64,000 bases of DNA from an uncultured bacterium (lineage in GTDB: Bacteria; Babelota; Babeliae; Babelales; Babelaceae): the NCBI GenBank assembly GCA_963848965.1, contig CAWKFG010000001.1, forward strand, positions 352,001-416,000, written 5' to 3'. Below are positions 52,295-62,858 of the stretch, piece by piece. A model generated the notes under the pieces. That model searched no databases, was not told where the DNA came from, and saw only the letters and a program-made list of their open reading frames with translations. The translations under genes and the position numbers were made by a program. Every line of letters begins with the position of its first letter. Within the stretch, counting starts at the first letter, position 1.

Positions 52295-55200
52295 ATGGTA
52301 AAAAACTATATATTACTTTTTCTTTTTATTAATCAATCTTTACAAGCTATGGAGTCTAAACATAAGCTTGAAGACTGTGAAAATAGTAGTCGTAACTATA
52401 AAAAACCATGTTTTTCCCTTTCTGATGCAGTTGTATATCAACCTGATCTGATGGTTGCTTCTCCATTTGTATATAAAGCTTTAGAAGCTATGAAGCCTAA
52501 ACATAAGCTTGAGGACGGTGAAAATAGTAGTCGTGACTGTAAAAAACCACGTTTTTCCCTTCCTGCTCATCTGGTGGCCGCTTCTCCATTTGCATATCAA
52601 GTTGTTCGAGCCGCAAGCAAATTTATCAGAGGTAATAGACCACCAAGAAATAACTCTATTTTACTTGATAAAATTACCACCGTTACTATAAAGGCAAAAG
52701 AGTCACAGAGTAATGGTATTCCATTATTCAGAAATTGCTTTGAACTGTCTTTTCTTAGAGAGTTGGCTGCAAATAACAAAGATCGAGAAGTATGGCTAGA
52801 GCTTGTCAATGAAGAAGAGTGTGTCATGCATACTCCATTTTCTATGCCTATACTTAAGGTTATAGCAGAGCTTTTGGCAAATTATGAGGCTGTAAAAAGT
52901 TTGGGTTTTGATATAACTCAAACATATGTAGGTTTACATGAAGTACTTGCAAGATACTCTATAGACACAGAAAGTAAGAAAGCTGAACTGATACAAGCAA
53001 TCCGTTTTTTTAAACTACCTTTTTTTCAAGCAATAGAGACACATACTTTTGGAAAAGCTCTTCAGCTTTTAGAGCAAGCAAAATCAACAGATACTTTATA
53101 CAGCACAGTAGAAAGAGAGAATCTTAAGACTTTGATTGAAGCAGATAGCCAGCATGCGCAAAAAATGAAAGTGCAAGGAACCTCCTATGTGGATTCCATA
53201 TCAGAGAATCAGCTTAATATGACTCCAAGCAAGAAGCGACGTATCGCGTTTACGTTAGCAAAAACGTATGAAGCACAGAAGTATATGCTTGGCTTCAATG
53301 ATGTTTTAGATGATCGTTCATGGCAAGATCTTGAAATAGTAGCGGGATCTCAATCAAGTCCTAAATCTTTTTTTGCTTTTTGTATTGATCAAACGGTAAC
53401 CGAATTAGGGAAAGCGCTTCTTTACAAAAGAATAGTGTATCCTACTAGTAACGTTACGTTTCTCAGGCAACAGCAAGAGATACTTAAAGCCCTTATCTCT
53501 CATCATAACTTTAATCAAATAGATAGATGCCTTAAAGAGCTTGGCGAGATTGAAAAAGAAAATAATATGCTATCATTTTGGGATAATGACGAACTTAACT
53601 TATGCGTCAAAAGTACTGAAATTAATGTTCCTCGTTGGCAACAGTTTTCTAAATGGTTAAATGAATGTTCATTGACAGTTGAAATACTAAGAGAAGGTCC
53701 GCAGCTTTATTTGGTAATTATAGTAGCAGAGGTTAACAAGCTTAAAAATAAGATTGTTCTTAACCTAAAAAATTTTCAATCATATCTTAATTTAGATAAA
53801 AATAAGGTTATAGAAATTATTAAAGATGTGTCTAGCTTTGAAATGTTTGTAGTTAAAGAAGTTGTTTTCAATCCTTTTATAGCATCAATCCTTATGGCAA
53901 AAATTAGTGGAGCTGTAGGTGGAGCTGCAGGTGGGTACGCAGGTTATGGATTTCAATTTTTATCAATGATAAGTAATGCAGATGCTATGAAGGACATGAT
54001 TGTGCTACATTTTGCTTTACAAAAGAAGCTCATGCTCGTAGCTCAGTATATTGCTAAAATTAAAGAGCTTTACACTTTGCTTAAAACAGATGTTCAAGAT
54101 CTTGAAAGTACGTTGCCTTTTTTAAAAGCATTAAATATAGAAAGATTGCAACAGGATGCTCAAACTGCTCGAATGTATGGTGCAAACAATATATTTAGTC
54201 AATTTTGGGCAAAAGTAAGTTCAGCATCTGATATTGATAATTTATTAAACAGCCTTGAAACAGCTACATTCCAAGGAGAGCCTAGCAAATACTCTTTTAC
54301 TGGTCGTATAGTTTCAGCCTATCGCATTATGCATGATTGTAAGGATAAATTAATCCAACCGCTTGGTGCTGTTGGAGAACTTGATATGTATATGTCTATA
54401 GCCCGTCTTTATAAAAAGTACAAAGAACAGAATCTGGAATTTTGCTTACCTACCTATAATGTCTCGCCGTCTCCTTTTATAAGGATGAATCAGTTCTGGA
54501 ATCCTATGGTAGGGAACACAGCTGTTCCTAATTCGCTTACAATTGGAGGGAATCTGCCGCAAAATGTGGTAATTACTGGGCCTAACGGAGGGGGAAAATC
54601 TACTGTTATGAAAAGTGTTGTTCTTGCAGTTATTATGGCTCAAACGCTAGGAATTTGTCCAGCGCAAAGCATGGAGTTTACACCATTTGTAAAAATTCGC
54701 AGTTACTTAAATATGACTGATGACATTACTAAAGGACAATCACTTTTTCAGGCTATAGCTCAAAGAGCTGTCGATATTCATAAGGACGTTGCAGGAGTTT
54801 CTCAAGGTGAATGTTCTCTTACGCTTTTTGATGAATTATTCGATGGAACAGAAGCTCAAGCAGGAGAAGCATTGGCATGTGCTTTTATTCAAGACCTTAA
54901 TAAAATGAAGCATAATATTTGTTTACTTATAACGCACTTTCAACAATTGCCTCGTATAATTGATAACATGTCAGTGTCTAGGAATTTTCAAGTAGCAGTT
55001 GATCCCAGCCAAGCTAAGCTTATCTATCCTTACAAGCTTGAATCTGGGGTATCTAAAGAATCAGTTGCATTTAAAGTATTGGCAGAAAGGGGTTTTGATA
55101 AGGAGCTTCTAGGTAAAGCAGAAAAAGTCCGACAAACTTTGAGATTTAAGCATGCTTTTGAAGAATTGCAAGAGCTTATGATGCAGGGACAAGAACTACC

Positions 55201-55330
55201 AGAGGAATTGCAGCGTGATCCAGAACTTATTACGGCTATAAGAAATCTTATAAATCTAAGACATTACCATGCTTTTAGGAGTCTAGCTAAAAAAAAAGAT
55301 AGCCCAAAGTCCCTTGGTAGAGACCTCTAG
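52295..55330 (+). CDS. Secreted MutS-related ATPase (domain V) protein
   Basis: Signal LQAME; ITGPNGGGKST, DDITKGQSLF, LFDELFDGT, LITHF, YKLESGVS. Confidence 0.85.
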   Translation: MVKNYILLFLFINQSLQAMESKHKLEDCENSSRNYKKPCFSLSDAVVYQPDLMVASPFVYKALEAMKPKHKLEDGENSSRDCKKPRFSLPAHLVAASPFAYQVVRAASKFIRGNRPPRNNSILLDKITTVTIKAKESQSNGIPLFRNCFELSFLRELAANNKDREVWLELVNEEECVMHTPFSMPILKVIAELLANYEAVKSLGFDITQTYVGLHEVLARYSIDTESKKAELIQAIRFFKLPFFQAIETHTFGKALQLLEQAKSTDTLYSTVERENLKTLIEADSQHAQKMKVQGTSYVDSISENQLNMTPSKKRRIAFTLAKTYEAQKYMLGFNDVLDDRSWQDLEIVAGSQSSPKSFFAFCIDQTVTELGKALLYKRIVYPTSNVTFLRQQQEILKALISHHNFNQIDRCLKELGEIEKENNMLSFWDNDELNLCVKSTEINVPRWQQFSKWLNECSLTVEILREGPQLYLVIIVAEVNKLKNKIVLNLKNFQSYLNLDKNKVIEIIKDVSSFEMFVVKEVVFNPFIASILMAKISGAVGGAAGGYAGYGFQFLSMISNADAMKDMIVLHFALQKKLMLVAQYIAKIKELYTLLKTDVQDLESTLPFLKALNIERLQQDAQTARMYGANNIFSQFWAKVSSASDIDNLLNSLETATFQGEPSKYSFTGRIVSAYRIMHDCKDKLIQPLGAVGELDMYMSIARLYKKYKEQNLEFCLPTYNVSPSPFIRMNQFWNPMVGNTAVPNSLTIGGNLPQNVVITGPNGGGKSTVMKSVVLAVIMAQTLGICPAQSMEFTPFVKIRSYLNMTDDITKGQSLFQAIAQRAVDIHKDVAGVSQGECSLTLFDELFDGTEAQAGEALACAFIQDLNKMKHNICLLITHFQQLPRIIDNMSVSRNFQVAVDPSQAKLIYPYKLESGVSKESVAFKVLAERGFDKELLGKAEKVRQTLRFKHAFEELQELMMQGQELPEELQRDPELITAIRNLINLRHYHAFRSLAKKKDSPKSLGRDL

Positions 55331-55797
55331 ATGCAGAGCCAATGGACCTAGAGGTTTTGTCTGAAATTGAATTGTACAGCACTTTAAAAAATAAGTTTTT
55401 GGTTGACAACAGGAGTTTTTTCGTACTATAGTCGAGCTCAAGTATCAACCTATAAAAAAGGGATCTCTTATGAACGATATACGTATAGCTACTAAAGCTT
55501 CTTCAGCTTTAGCTAAAAAACGAGAAAGAGTCAAAGAGCTTGTAAAAGCGTCAATGATTACCCAAGGCTATTACTATAATGGAATGGAAGGGCCGCCTTT
55601 GAGAGTAGGATATGGCGCGAGGAAGAACGTTAAAGCTTAATCAAACTTTATGTATGCTTAAGCTACTTTAGATGCTGTACACAAAATTAATGGAAGATTT
55701 AAGAGCTCATTATGCTAATCTTGATGCAATGCAAGAAAGGCATAAGAATGAAAATGAAGATAATCCTAGAGCAGCAAAGTAGCTAAGCATACTCCTA

Positions 55798-55862
55798 CTA
55801 TTCCATATCAAGCTTTTTGTTCAGAAAATAGTGCTACTTCATAGCACCATGCGTCCAAGAAG
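55798..55862 (-). repeat. Degenerate att-like tail with the same 22-nt hairpin insertion
   Basis: FLDA-[TGGTGCTATGAAGTAGCACTAT]-FLNKKLDME*. Confidence 0.6.
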
Positions 55863-56175
55863 ATTTAAATTTATTCTAAGCAGATAGCCATTGTTCATCT
55901 TTGCGAATCATAACATTTAAAACACTAGGATGTGCTAATACTAAGCTAATCAATAATATTAACGCCAATTCGAGCTAAGGACTAGATAAAAAAGGCCCAC
56001 TACAGTATTCTTTACTTTAGATGAAGATTGATGTGTCTTAATAGGCTAGTTTTCGCGCTTACTGGGGTTTTATGAAACGAGAGAACTTTGCTATTAATAC
56101 AAAATGGGAACCAATTTTTTTGCTAATTTAACGTAATTATTTTGGGTTGGGTCAATATAACCAAAGAGGGAACGG

Positions 56176-56622
56176 ATGTTGATTAGCACATATACCATAG
56201 AGACCAAAGCTTCTCAAGAATCGGTTTGGAATATTTGGCAAGATATAAAAAATTGGAATACCTGGGACCTTGCAACTGAATATAGTTCTATCAATGGACC
56301 ATTTAAGGAGGGGGCCGAAGGCAGCTGGAAAGCTAAAGGGGGGCCGCTTTTGTCGATTAAGGTAACTCGAGTCGAGCCTTTGAAAATGTCGGTTATAGAG
56401 TTTAAGCTCTTTTTAGCTCGAATCATCGTTTCACATCACATTTTTGAATCAGCTGGAAAAACATATGTTACTGAGCACATTGAAATCAAGGGGCCTTTAG
56501 GCTTTTTGTTTGCTTATCATAGCGGTCATATAATAAAGAAAAATCTCCTCCAGGGGCTAGAAGCGTTAGTAAAAAAAGCAGAATCTTTAAGCAAAACACA
56601 GAAGCGTTCACGAGAAAAGTGA
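56176..56622 (+). CDS. SRPBCC/polyketide cyclase-like protein
   Basis: VWNIWQDIKNWNTWD, GPFKEG, IKGPL. Confidence 0.8.
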   Translation: MLISTYTIETKASQESVWNIWQDIKNWNTWDLATEYSSINGPFKEGAEGSWKAKGGPLLSIKVTRVEPLKMSVIEFKLFLARIIVSHHIFESAGKTYVTEHIEIKGPLGFLFAYHSGHIIKKNLLQGLEALVKKAESLSKTQKRSREK

Positions 56623-56775
56623 CGTATAGTATGTTTATCTAAATATCATTAAAATTTCTTAGGGTTTTCAGCCTTATAGAGAATTGTATAGTTCAAAACT
56701 CTCGATTGAATTGACAATGCTGGCATTTTCTATATAATTATTCTATTAGAAAAGTCTTGAGGGGGGGGTTTTTCC

Positions 56776-59373
56776 ATGAGTTTCACTTGTAGTTTTTGTA
56801 AAGACGCCATATCTGTTAGTCGTAAATCAGATAGTATCATTGTTCATGGCGCAAAAGAGCATAACTTAAAAAATATTTGTTTTGAGATTCCTAAGGGAAA
56901 ATTAGTCGCATTAACCGGACCTTCGGGATCAGGTAAGTCCTCTATTGCAACCGATATTTTGCAAAAAGAATGCGTAAGGCAATTTTTAGAGTCACTTGGC
57001 ATGGTTACTGATCATATAGAAAAAGCAAAAGCACATATGATTATGGGATTATCCCCTTCAATTGGTGTTACACAACGTGTAACTGATTTTAATCCCCGCT
57101 CTACTGTAGGTACTCGATCAGGTATTCTTACTATTTTACGGAATCTATTTTCAGTTTTAGGATGTCAACTTTGTAACAGCTGTAGAAAAAAGGTCAAGCA
57201 ACCCTTGCAAGATAAGCATAAACTAACAGTAGTTGAAATTGACGAAGATGAAACAAATTCTTCTTCAAAGAAAAGGAAGATAAGCTACTTTGGTTGTCCG
57301 CAGTGTGGTCAGCAGCTAGAAAAATTGAAAATGGCACACTTTTCTTTTAATGCACTAGCAGGAGCTTGTGCAAGTTGTAAAGGAGTTGGTGAAATTATAA
57401 GCGTCGACCTCTCGCATTTACTTAATGAAGAAAAAACAATAAGGAACGGGGGAGTTGATCTTTGGAGTGAGGCACTGGCAAAGCATTACGAAAATGTTAT
57501 CCTTGCTGCTAGCAGACATTATAGTTTTTCATTTGATCCTGCTTTGCCTATAAAGGATTATACGAAAGAACAAAGAAATTTCCTCCTTTATGGCATTACT
57601 TTTTCAGATTTTATAAAAGCCCACAAGGATATTCAAGCGCCTAAGAAAGTTAGTGAAGGAAATTTTGAAGGTATTATTACTTATTTATTAAACCTCTATA
57701 AAAAGAATCCTGCAAAGGCACCACATGACGTTAAGAAATATATCGTGCATCAGCCATGTACTGAGTGTAAAAATACACGGTTAGGTAGACTTGGCAGAGA
57801 AGTAACTGTAGGTGAAAAAACTATTATTGATGTGAGTGGCCTTAGTTTAAATGAATTACTCAAATGGATATATGACTTGGATCAGCATGTTGCAGAGGAT
57901 GAATTGCAAGTAATTGTAGCTTTTTCAGATGCATTAAAAGAACGGACATCACATTTAATAGACGTAGGTTTAGAGTATCTTACTTTGGATCGTACGCTTC
58001 CTTCGCTATCTGCCGGTGAATCTCAAAGAGTAAGGCTTGCGAGCTTGCTTGGCAGCGGGCTTACGGGTGTCTTATATGTATTAGATGAACCAACGACAGG
58101 CTTGCATCCTCATGATAATCAAAAATTATTAAAAACAATGAGGATGATACAAGAAATGGGTAATACTGTTTTAATAATTGAACATGATATGGATATTGTT
58201 AAAAATGTGGATTATATAATAGATATAGGGCCTGGTGGAGGAAGCAAAGGCGGTGAAATTGTAGCTACCGGGACTCCTTTGGATGTTATGGCTTGTGAAA
58301 AATCTATTACTGGAAAATATTTAGCCAAAAAAGCAACTATTAACCTGAATCCTTCTATTTGTAAGGCTGAGGCACTTACTATACGTGGTGCTCGTGAACA
58401 TAACTTAAAAAATATTGATGTCAGTATCCCAATAAACCAATTTGTTGTGTTGACTGGTGTCTCTGGTTCAGGAAAATCAACATTCCTCTTTGATATCGTA
58501 GATAAAGCAGCGAGAAAGCATTTTTATCAAGCAAGTGAAGTTCCTGGAAAATATGATTCTATAGATGGTTTAGATTACTTTAATCGAGTCATAACCGTTG
58601 ACCAAGTTACCATAGGTAATTCAAAGTCATCGCGTTCTAACATAGCAACTTATACAAAGCTTTTTGATTTGATTCGCGATTTATTTGCTTCTTTACCAGA
58701 GGCAAAATCGCAAGGATTTAGTGCTGATAAGTTTTCTTTCAATACATCAGATGAGCGTTGTGAAAACTGTAATGGGGCAGGTAGCGTTGCCGTCGACATG
58801 ACCTTTATGCCAGATATTGAAACAGTATGTCCTGTATGTAACGGCATGCGATTTAATGAAGAGTTATTAACAGTACAGTTTCAAGGGCATAACATTGCAA
58901 ACATTCTAGATATGACGGTAAGCGAAGCTATTCACTTATTTGAGCAAGAAAAGAAGATTCTTACGCTCTTGGATTTAATAAAACAAGTTGGTTTGGGATA
59001 TTTAAAGTTGGGACAATCAACTTCGACATTATCTGGAGGAGAAGCTCAACGAATCAAATTAGCAACTGAATTGTCGAAACCTGAGACTGGAAACACGTTA
59101 TACTTATTAGATGAACCAACAACAGGTTTGAATCCGCAAGAAGTTGAAAGGCTACTTGATATCTTGAGAAAATTAGTATCTAAAGGAAATACGGTAATAA
59201 CAATTGAGCATAATTTAGATGTTATTTGTAATGCAGATACAATTATTGATTTTGGGCCAGGCGGTGGAAGTGCAGGCGGTAAAATTGTTGTGGCAGGTAC
59301 ACCTCAAGAAATTGTTGCCAATAAAGATTCATTAACAGGACAAAGCCTAAAGGCTTATTTAGCAAAGTCTTAA
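56776..59373 (+). CDS. uvrA: UvrA-like ABC ATPase (class II/DrrC-like)
   Basis: GAKEHNLKN, two Walker A/ABC signatures, Zn fingers; shorter than canonical UvrA. Confidence 0.85.
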   Translation: MSFTCSFCKDAISVSRKSDSIIVHGAKEHNLKNICFEIPKGKLVALTGPSGSGKSSIATDILQKECVRQFLESLGMVTDHIEKAKAHMIMGLSPSIGVTQRVTDFNPRSTVGTRSGILTILRNLFSVLGCQLCNSCRKKVKQPLQDKHKLTVVEIDEDETNSSSKKRKISYFGCPQCGQQLEKLKMAHFSFNALAGACASCKGVGEIISVDLSHLLNEEKTIRNGGVDLWSEALAKHYENVILAASRHYSFSFDPALPIKDYTKEQRNFLLYGITFSDFIKAHKDIQAPKKVSEGNFEGIITYLLNLYKKNPAKAPHDVKKYIVHQPCTECKNTRLGRLGREVTVGEKTIIDVSGLSLNELLKWIYDLDQHVAEDELQVIVAFSDALKERTSHLIDVGLEYLTLDRTLPSLSAGESQRVRLASLLGSGLTGVLYVLDEPTTGLHPHDNQKLLKTMRMIQEMGNTVLIIEHDMDIVKNVDYIIDIGPGGGSKGGEIVATGTPLDVMACEKSITGKYLAKKATINLNPSICKAEALTIRGAREHNLKNIDVSIPINQFVVLTGVSGSGKSTFLFDIVDKAARKHFYQASEVPGKYDSIDGLDYFNRVITVDQVTIGNSKSSRSNIATYTKLFDLIRDLFASLPEAKSQGFSADKFSFNTSDERCENCNGAGSVAVDMTFMPDIETVCPVCNGMRFNEELLTVQFQGHNIANILDMTVSEAIHLFEQEKKILTLLDLIKQVGLGYLKLGQSTSTLSGGEAQRIKLATELSKPETGNTLYLLDEPTTGLNPQEVERLLDILRKLVSKGNTVITIEHNLDVICNADTIIDFGPGGGSAGGKIVVAGTPQEIVANKDSLTGQSLKAYLAKS

Positions 59374-59546
59374 TACAGAGGAATAGTTTGGTTACTTGAG
59401 GCTAAAGCCACTATTAATGCTCAAGGTTTTGCCAATTAGACTACTTTACATCGTATAGCACATAAGCATAAGAAGTGGTTAAGTTACTTTTGATTAGGAA
59501 ATAGTAGAGTGTTTCTCATTGTGCTTATGCTCTAGAATATCTGGAG

Positions 59547-61013
59547 CTAGTTCGCCATTGATTTTTCAATCATATCTGCTACTAAATTACCCGATTGACA
59601 AGCTGCTTCCATTGTTCCTGGTACATCAAGTAATGTTGAAGTATGCTCGCCAGCAAAGTAGACTTGCTGATTAATGGGGGCAAAGAGAGCCTTAACTGTT
59701 ATATTGTTATTTTTTTGCAGAGTAGTAAAGAGTGCCTCTTGCCCTGGGGCACTATATGCGTAGGTACCTTTAGCAAATGGGTCATTGGGCCAGCTATATC
59801 CAACTGGACCAGAATATCTGACAAATAATTTATCAAGAGCGTGAATAGGCGCCTGTTTAGGTAAAGAACTTTTTTCAAATCCACTTGCAAAAAGCGATTG
59901 AGCTTGAGCGTACGTTTGAGTAATATCGTGTGGTGAAAATAAACTCGATTCTCTAGTAAAATAGACGGTAACCATTGTTTCAACAAATGTGAAGATACCA
60001 AGATTATCGTTAAGAAAGATAGTTGATGTAGGAAAAGTTCCAGAAAGAGGGACTATAATTTTTGCATTGTTGCCGTTATGAATAGTTCTGATAGCTCTAA
60101 GCCTATCTTCTGGAATAACATTTTCATCAAATGCAATATCGTTATAGACGGGACAGGGTATTGCAAGAACCAAAATATCTGCTGTTGTGCTAGATCCATT
60201 CTTAAATGTTAGGGTATAACCATCTTGTTTATTTTTTGTAACTGATATCAGTGGCATTCCCAAATGGACTCTATCGCCAAGCTTTTTGGCGAGTGCTTCA
60301 GGTAATTTACTATTACCATCATGAATACGTGCAAAGGAAGTACTAGTATCTTGATGTGCTGAGGAAATTCCGCCCTTTATCATGTAGTATAAAGTTTCAA
60401 CATATGAAGAAGACAATTGCTCAATTGATGCTCCTTCGTATCCAGCAAGCATGGTACTTAAACATGCCTTTAACGGCTCATTTGGTTTAAAAAGTTGGTT
60501 AAATACGTCAAGCATGGATTTTGAAGTTTGCTTAAGAACATCTAGCTGTTCTTTAAGCGTCTCTAAATTAAAGTTATGCTTTCTGATCATCTCTTTAACT
60601 GACATTAGTACACCATTGTGGTGAAAAACATAATTAAAGGTTACTGTTTTATGTAACACTTTCAATTCAAGCTCTTGTATCAATTGGTTGATATTGTCAG
60701 CACTACCTCCGTCGGCAATGTTTTCTGCACCCAACTCTGCAATGTTATCATTAATAAAAGCAGATAATATTCTGCCTCCAACACGATTTCTTGCTTCATA
60801 TACATGAACGTCAAAACCTTTTTTATGCATGCGATACCCTGCAGTCAGACCTGCAAGTCCTGCTCCAATGATAACAATTTTTTTGTCAGACAATTTTTTA
60901 GCAGTATTTTCAGAACAAAGATTTGAATTGGTACATAGCGTTGCTATAATCATAAAAGATATGCTCTTTTTCACTGTATTTTGTTTTCCAACTAAGCTTA
61001 AGTTAAATGCCAT
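59547..61013 (-). CDS. Flavin monoamine oxidase family protein
   Basis: IIGAGLAGL, EARNRVGGRI, FAGEHT, GTMEAACQSG. Confidence 0.9.
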   Translation of the reverse strand: MAFNLSLVGKQNTVKKSISFMIIATLCTNSNLCSENTAKKLSDKKIVIIGAGLAGLTAGYRMHKKGFDVHVYEARNRVGGRILSAFINDNIAELGAENIADGGSADNINQLIQELELKVLHKTVTFNYVFHHNGVLMSVKEMIRKHNFNLETLKEQLDVLKQTSKSMLDVFNQLFKPNEPLKACLSTMLAGYEGASIEQLSSSYVETLYYMIKGGISSAHQDTSTSFARIHDGNSKLPEALAKKLGDRVHLGMPLISVTKNKQDGYTLTFKNGSSTTADILVLAIPCPVYNDIAFDENVIPEDRLRAIRTIHNGNNAKIIVPLSGTFPTSTIFLNDNLGIFTFVETMVTVYFTRESSLFSPHDITQTYAQAQSLFASGFEKSSLPKQAPIHALDKLFVRYSGPVGYSWPNDPFAKGTYAYSAPGQEALFTTLQKNNNITVKALFAPINQQVYFAGEHTSTLLDVPGTMEAACQSGNLVADMIEKSMAN

Positions 61014-61103
61014 ACTTTATGCAAATCTAATACATAGTGTTAGACATTCTAATACATAATGTTAAATTTACTAGGCTTCAATTTTTTGGCAAGAAGTTCT
61101 TAC

Positions 61104-61460
61104 TTAAAGATCAAGAAAGCCAGTGGCTTTAGCCAGTTGGATGAATTGATTCCTTATGCTATACTTTATACGAGAAGCTTAAGGAGAAAAATATGCTTTT
61201 GACCTATAAAATAAAGCATTATAGAGATTTAGACCAAGAGCTTATAAAAGCTATGTAGGCGTAGATCTTAATACTTTTGGTCATTGTGCTGTTATGGCTG
61301 ATCCTCAGGCATGTTCATTTGAGTATAGACAGAGTTATACGTGCGTGCTCACTGAAAGTCTTACGGAGCTCTGCTGATAATGCCAGTAACTCCCGCACCT
61401 CCTGCCTTCGCTCTCTGAGCTTCGGCGGACACGGCAGGGCTTTAGCCCGGCGTTATTCAG
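61104..61460 (+). mobile_element. Internally deleted IS200/IS605 tnpB element, copy A
   Basis: TTAC target, AAAG plus left hairpin, tnpB start MLLTYKIKH and YVGVDLN fragment, right end ending TCAG. Confidence 0.85.
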
Positions 61461-61504
61461 TTCAGTTAACCAGTAATAGAGTCTTCTCTTAAGCTGTGAA
61501 GATA

Positions 61505-62536
61505 TTACCTTGTAAGAAAAAGCTTAAAAAAATCTTCTAATTCTTTAGAAGGTATAGGTTGCTTTTCAAATCCTTCAAAGAAAGAACCTCTTAAGAAAAA
61601 GCCTAAAGGTGGTTGGGCAATAGGAGTATAACCCAACTCTAGAAGCATTTTATTAACAACTTTAATATGCTCTGCTCCAGCATAAACAAGTGTTTTATTA
61701 ACTCGTTTTTGGCTTTCGATTATATCTCTAATCAGACCTATTTCTGTTAAATTAAGAGCTGGGTCTATATAAGTTTTAAAAACGTACGAGATATCAGCAT
61801 CTTTTAAATCTCCTTTTTGTAGAGCTTCTATAAAGGCAGCTGCAACCGATCCAGGTTTTAATGTTATTTCAAAGCCCGAAGGTGCTTTTAAAGTAACTTC
61901 ATGAGTATGCTTTAGAAATAATAGTTTAAGGCGAGCATCATAAATTTTTATTGATCCTTCTAACTGGGCAAGCAAAGCTTTACCTCCTGGGTTTGTTATA
62001 GTTTGTTTTAGCTCTTTGACAAGATCTAACACTACCTTTATAGTGTCTAATAGTTCTTTTGTACTAACATTTTCTCTTACTACTGATTTAAAGTCCTCAT
62101 CTGTATACTTGTTAATAAGAAATGATAAAACAAAGTTAAATACATACTTGAGGAATTTCCTTAAGGCAGGCAATTTAACTTGAAAATTAGAAAGGATGAA
62201 AGATAGGTTGCCATGTTTTAAACCATGCTGATAGGCATATCTTGAAAAGAGATCAAGACAGATATCCTTTTCTGAAGTTGGCTCCAGATCCTCTTCAAAA
62301 ATGTGTTCCAGAACGATTTCACTTTCTTGGTCTGATTTTGCTAGTTGCTCGAGGAAAGGAGAAAAAAGATTTTTATGGCATATGTCTTTCTTTCCTTCTT
62401 TATGGTAATCTCCTATAGTCCCAACTATTTTATTGCCTTTAACCCAAAGAGCAAGAGATATAGCATAGGATAGGGTTACTGAAGACCACATACTAAAGAA
62501 TAAGAAAAATAAAGAGATTGCGAACATTTTTTTCAT
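61505..62536 (-). CDS. Hypothetical secreted protein
   Basis: Signal peptide; GDYH and YAGAEH motifs hint at a metal-binding fold. Confidence 0.65.
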   Translation of the reverse strand: MKKMFAISLFFLFFSMWSSVTLSYAISLALWVKGNKIVGTIGDYHKEGKKDICHKNLFSPFLEQLAKSDQESEIVLEHIFEEDLEPTSEKDICLDLFSRYAYQHGLKHGNLSFILSNFQVKLPALRKFLKYVFNFVLSFLINKYTDEDFKSVVRENVSTKELLDTIKVVLDLVKELKQTITNPGGKALLAQLEGSIKIYDARLKLLFLKHTHEVTLKAPSGFEITLKPGSVAAAFIEALQKGDLKDADISYVFKTYIDPALNLTEIGLIRDIIESQKRVNKTLVYAGAEHIKVVNKMLLELGYTPIAQPPLGFFLRGSFFEGFEKQPIPSKELEDFFKLFLTR

Positions 62537-62858
62537 TTTTTACCTAAGTTTTAATATTTTATATTTTATATTATAAAATTAGTATATAGGATATTTTGGG
62601 GTTTTTTCAATCTTTTTTAAGTTCCTCAATGTAAAGGCTCTATAGATTCAAGAATGATAATTTGCTCTACCTTAGTTGTCTCTATGATAATGAACAGGGC
62701 TGTGCCAGTTTACAATTTTAATTATTTCAAAATTCCATAAATTCTATTTCTTGTATTATCTTTCCTTAATAGAATCTTGAACATTCTTCTATAGCTCATT
62801 CCTTGCGATTTTTAGCTTGAGAGGTAGAACTATATAAAATTAGACATACTAGTGCATC

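Noticed and set aside
56776..59373. uvrA as the return to core genome
   Set aside because: Short class II-like form without uvrB/uvrC context and flanked by remnants; more likely accessory
1014..61492. Many short ORFs in the six-frame track overlapping longer genes
   Set aside because: Antisense or out-of-frame shadows without motifs or RBS
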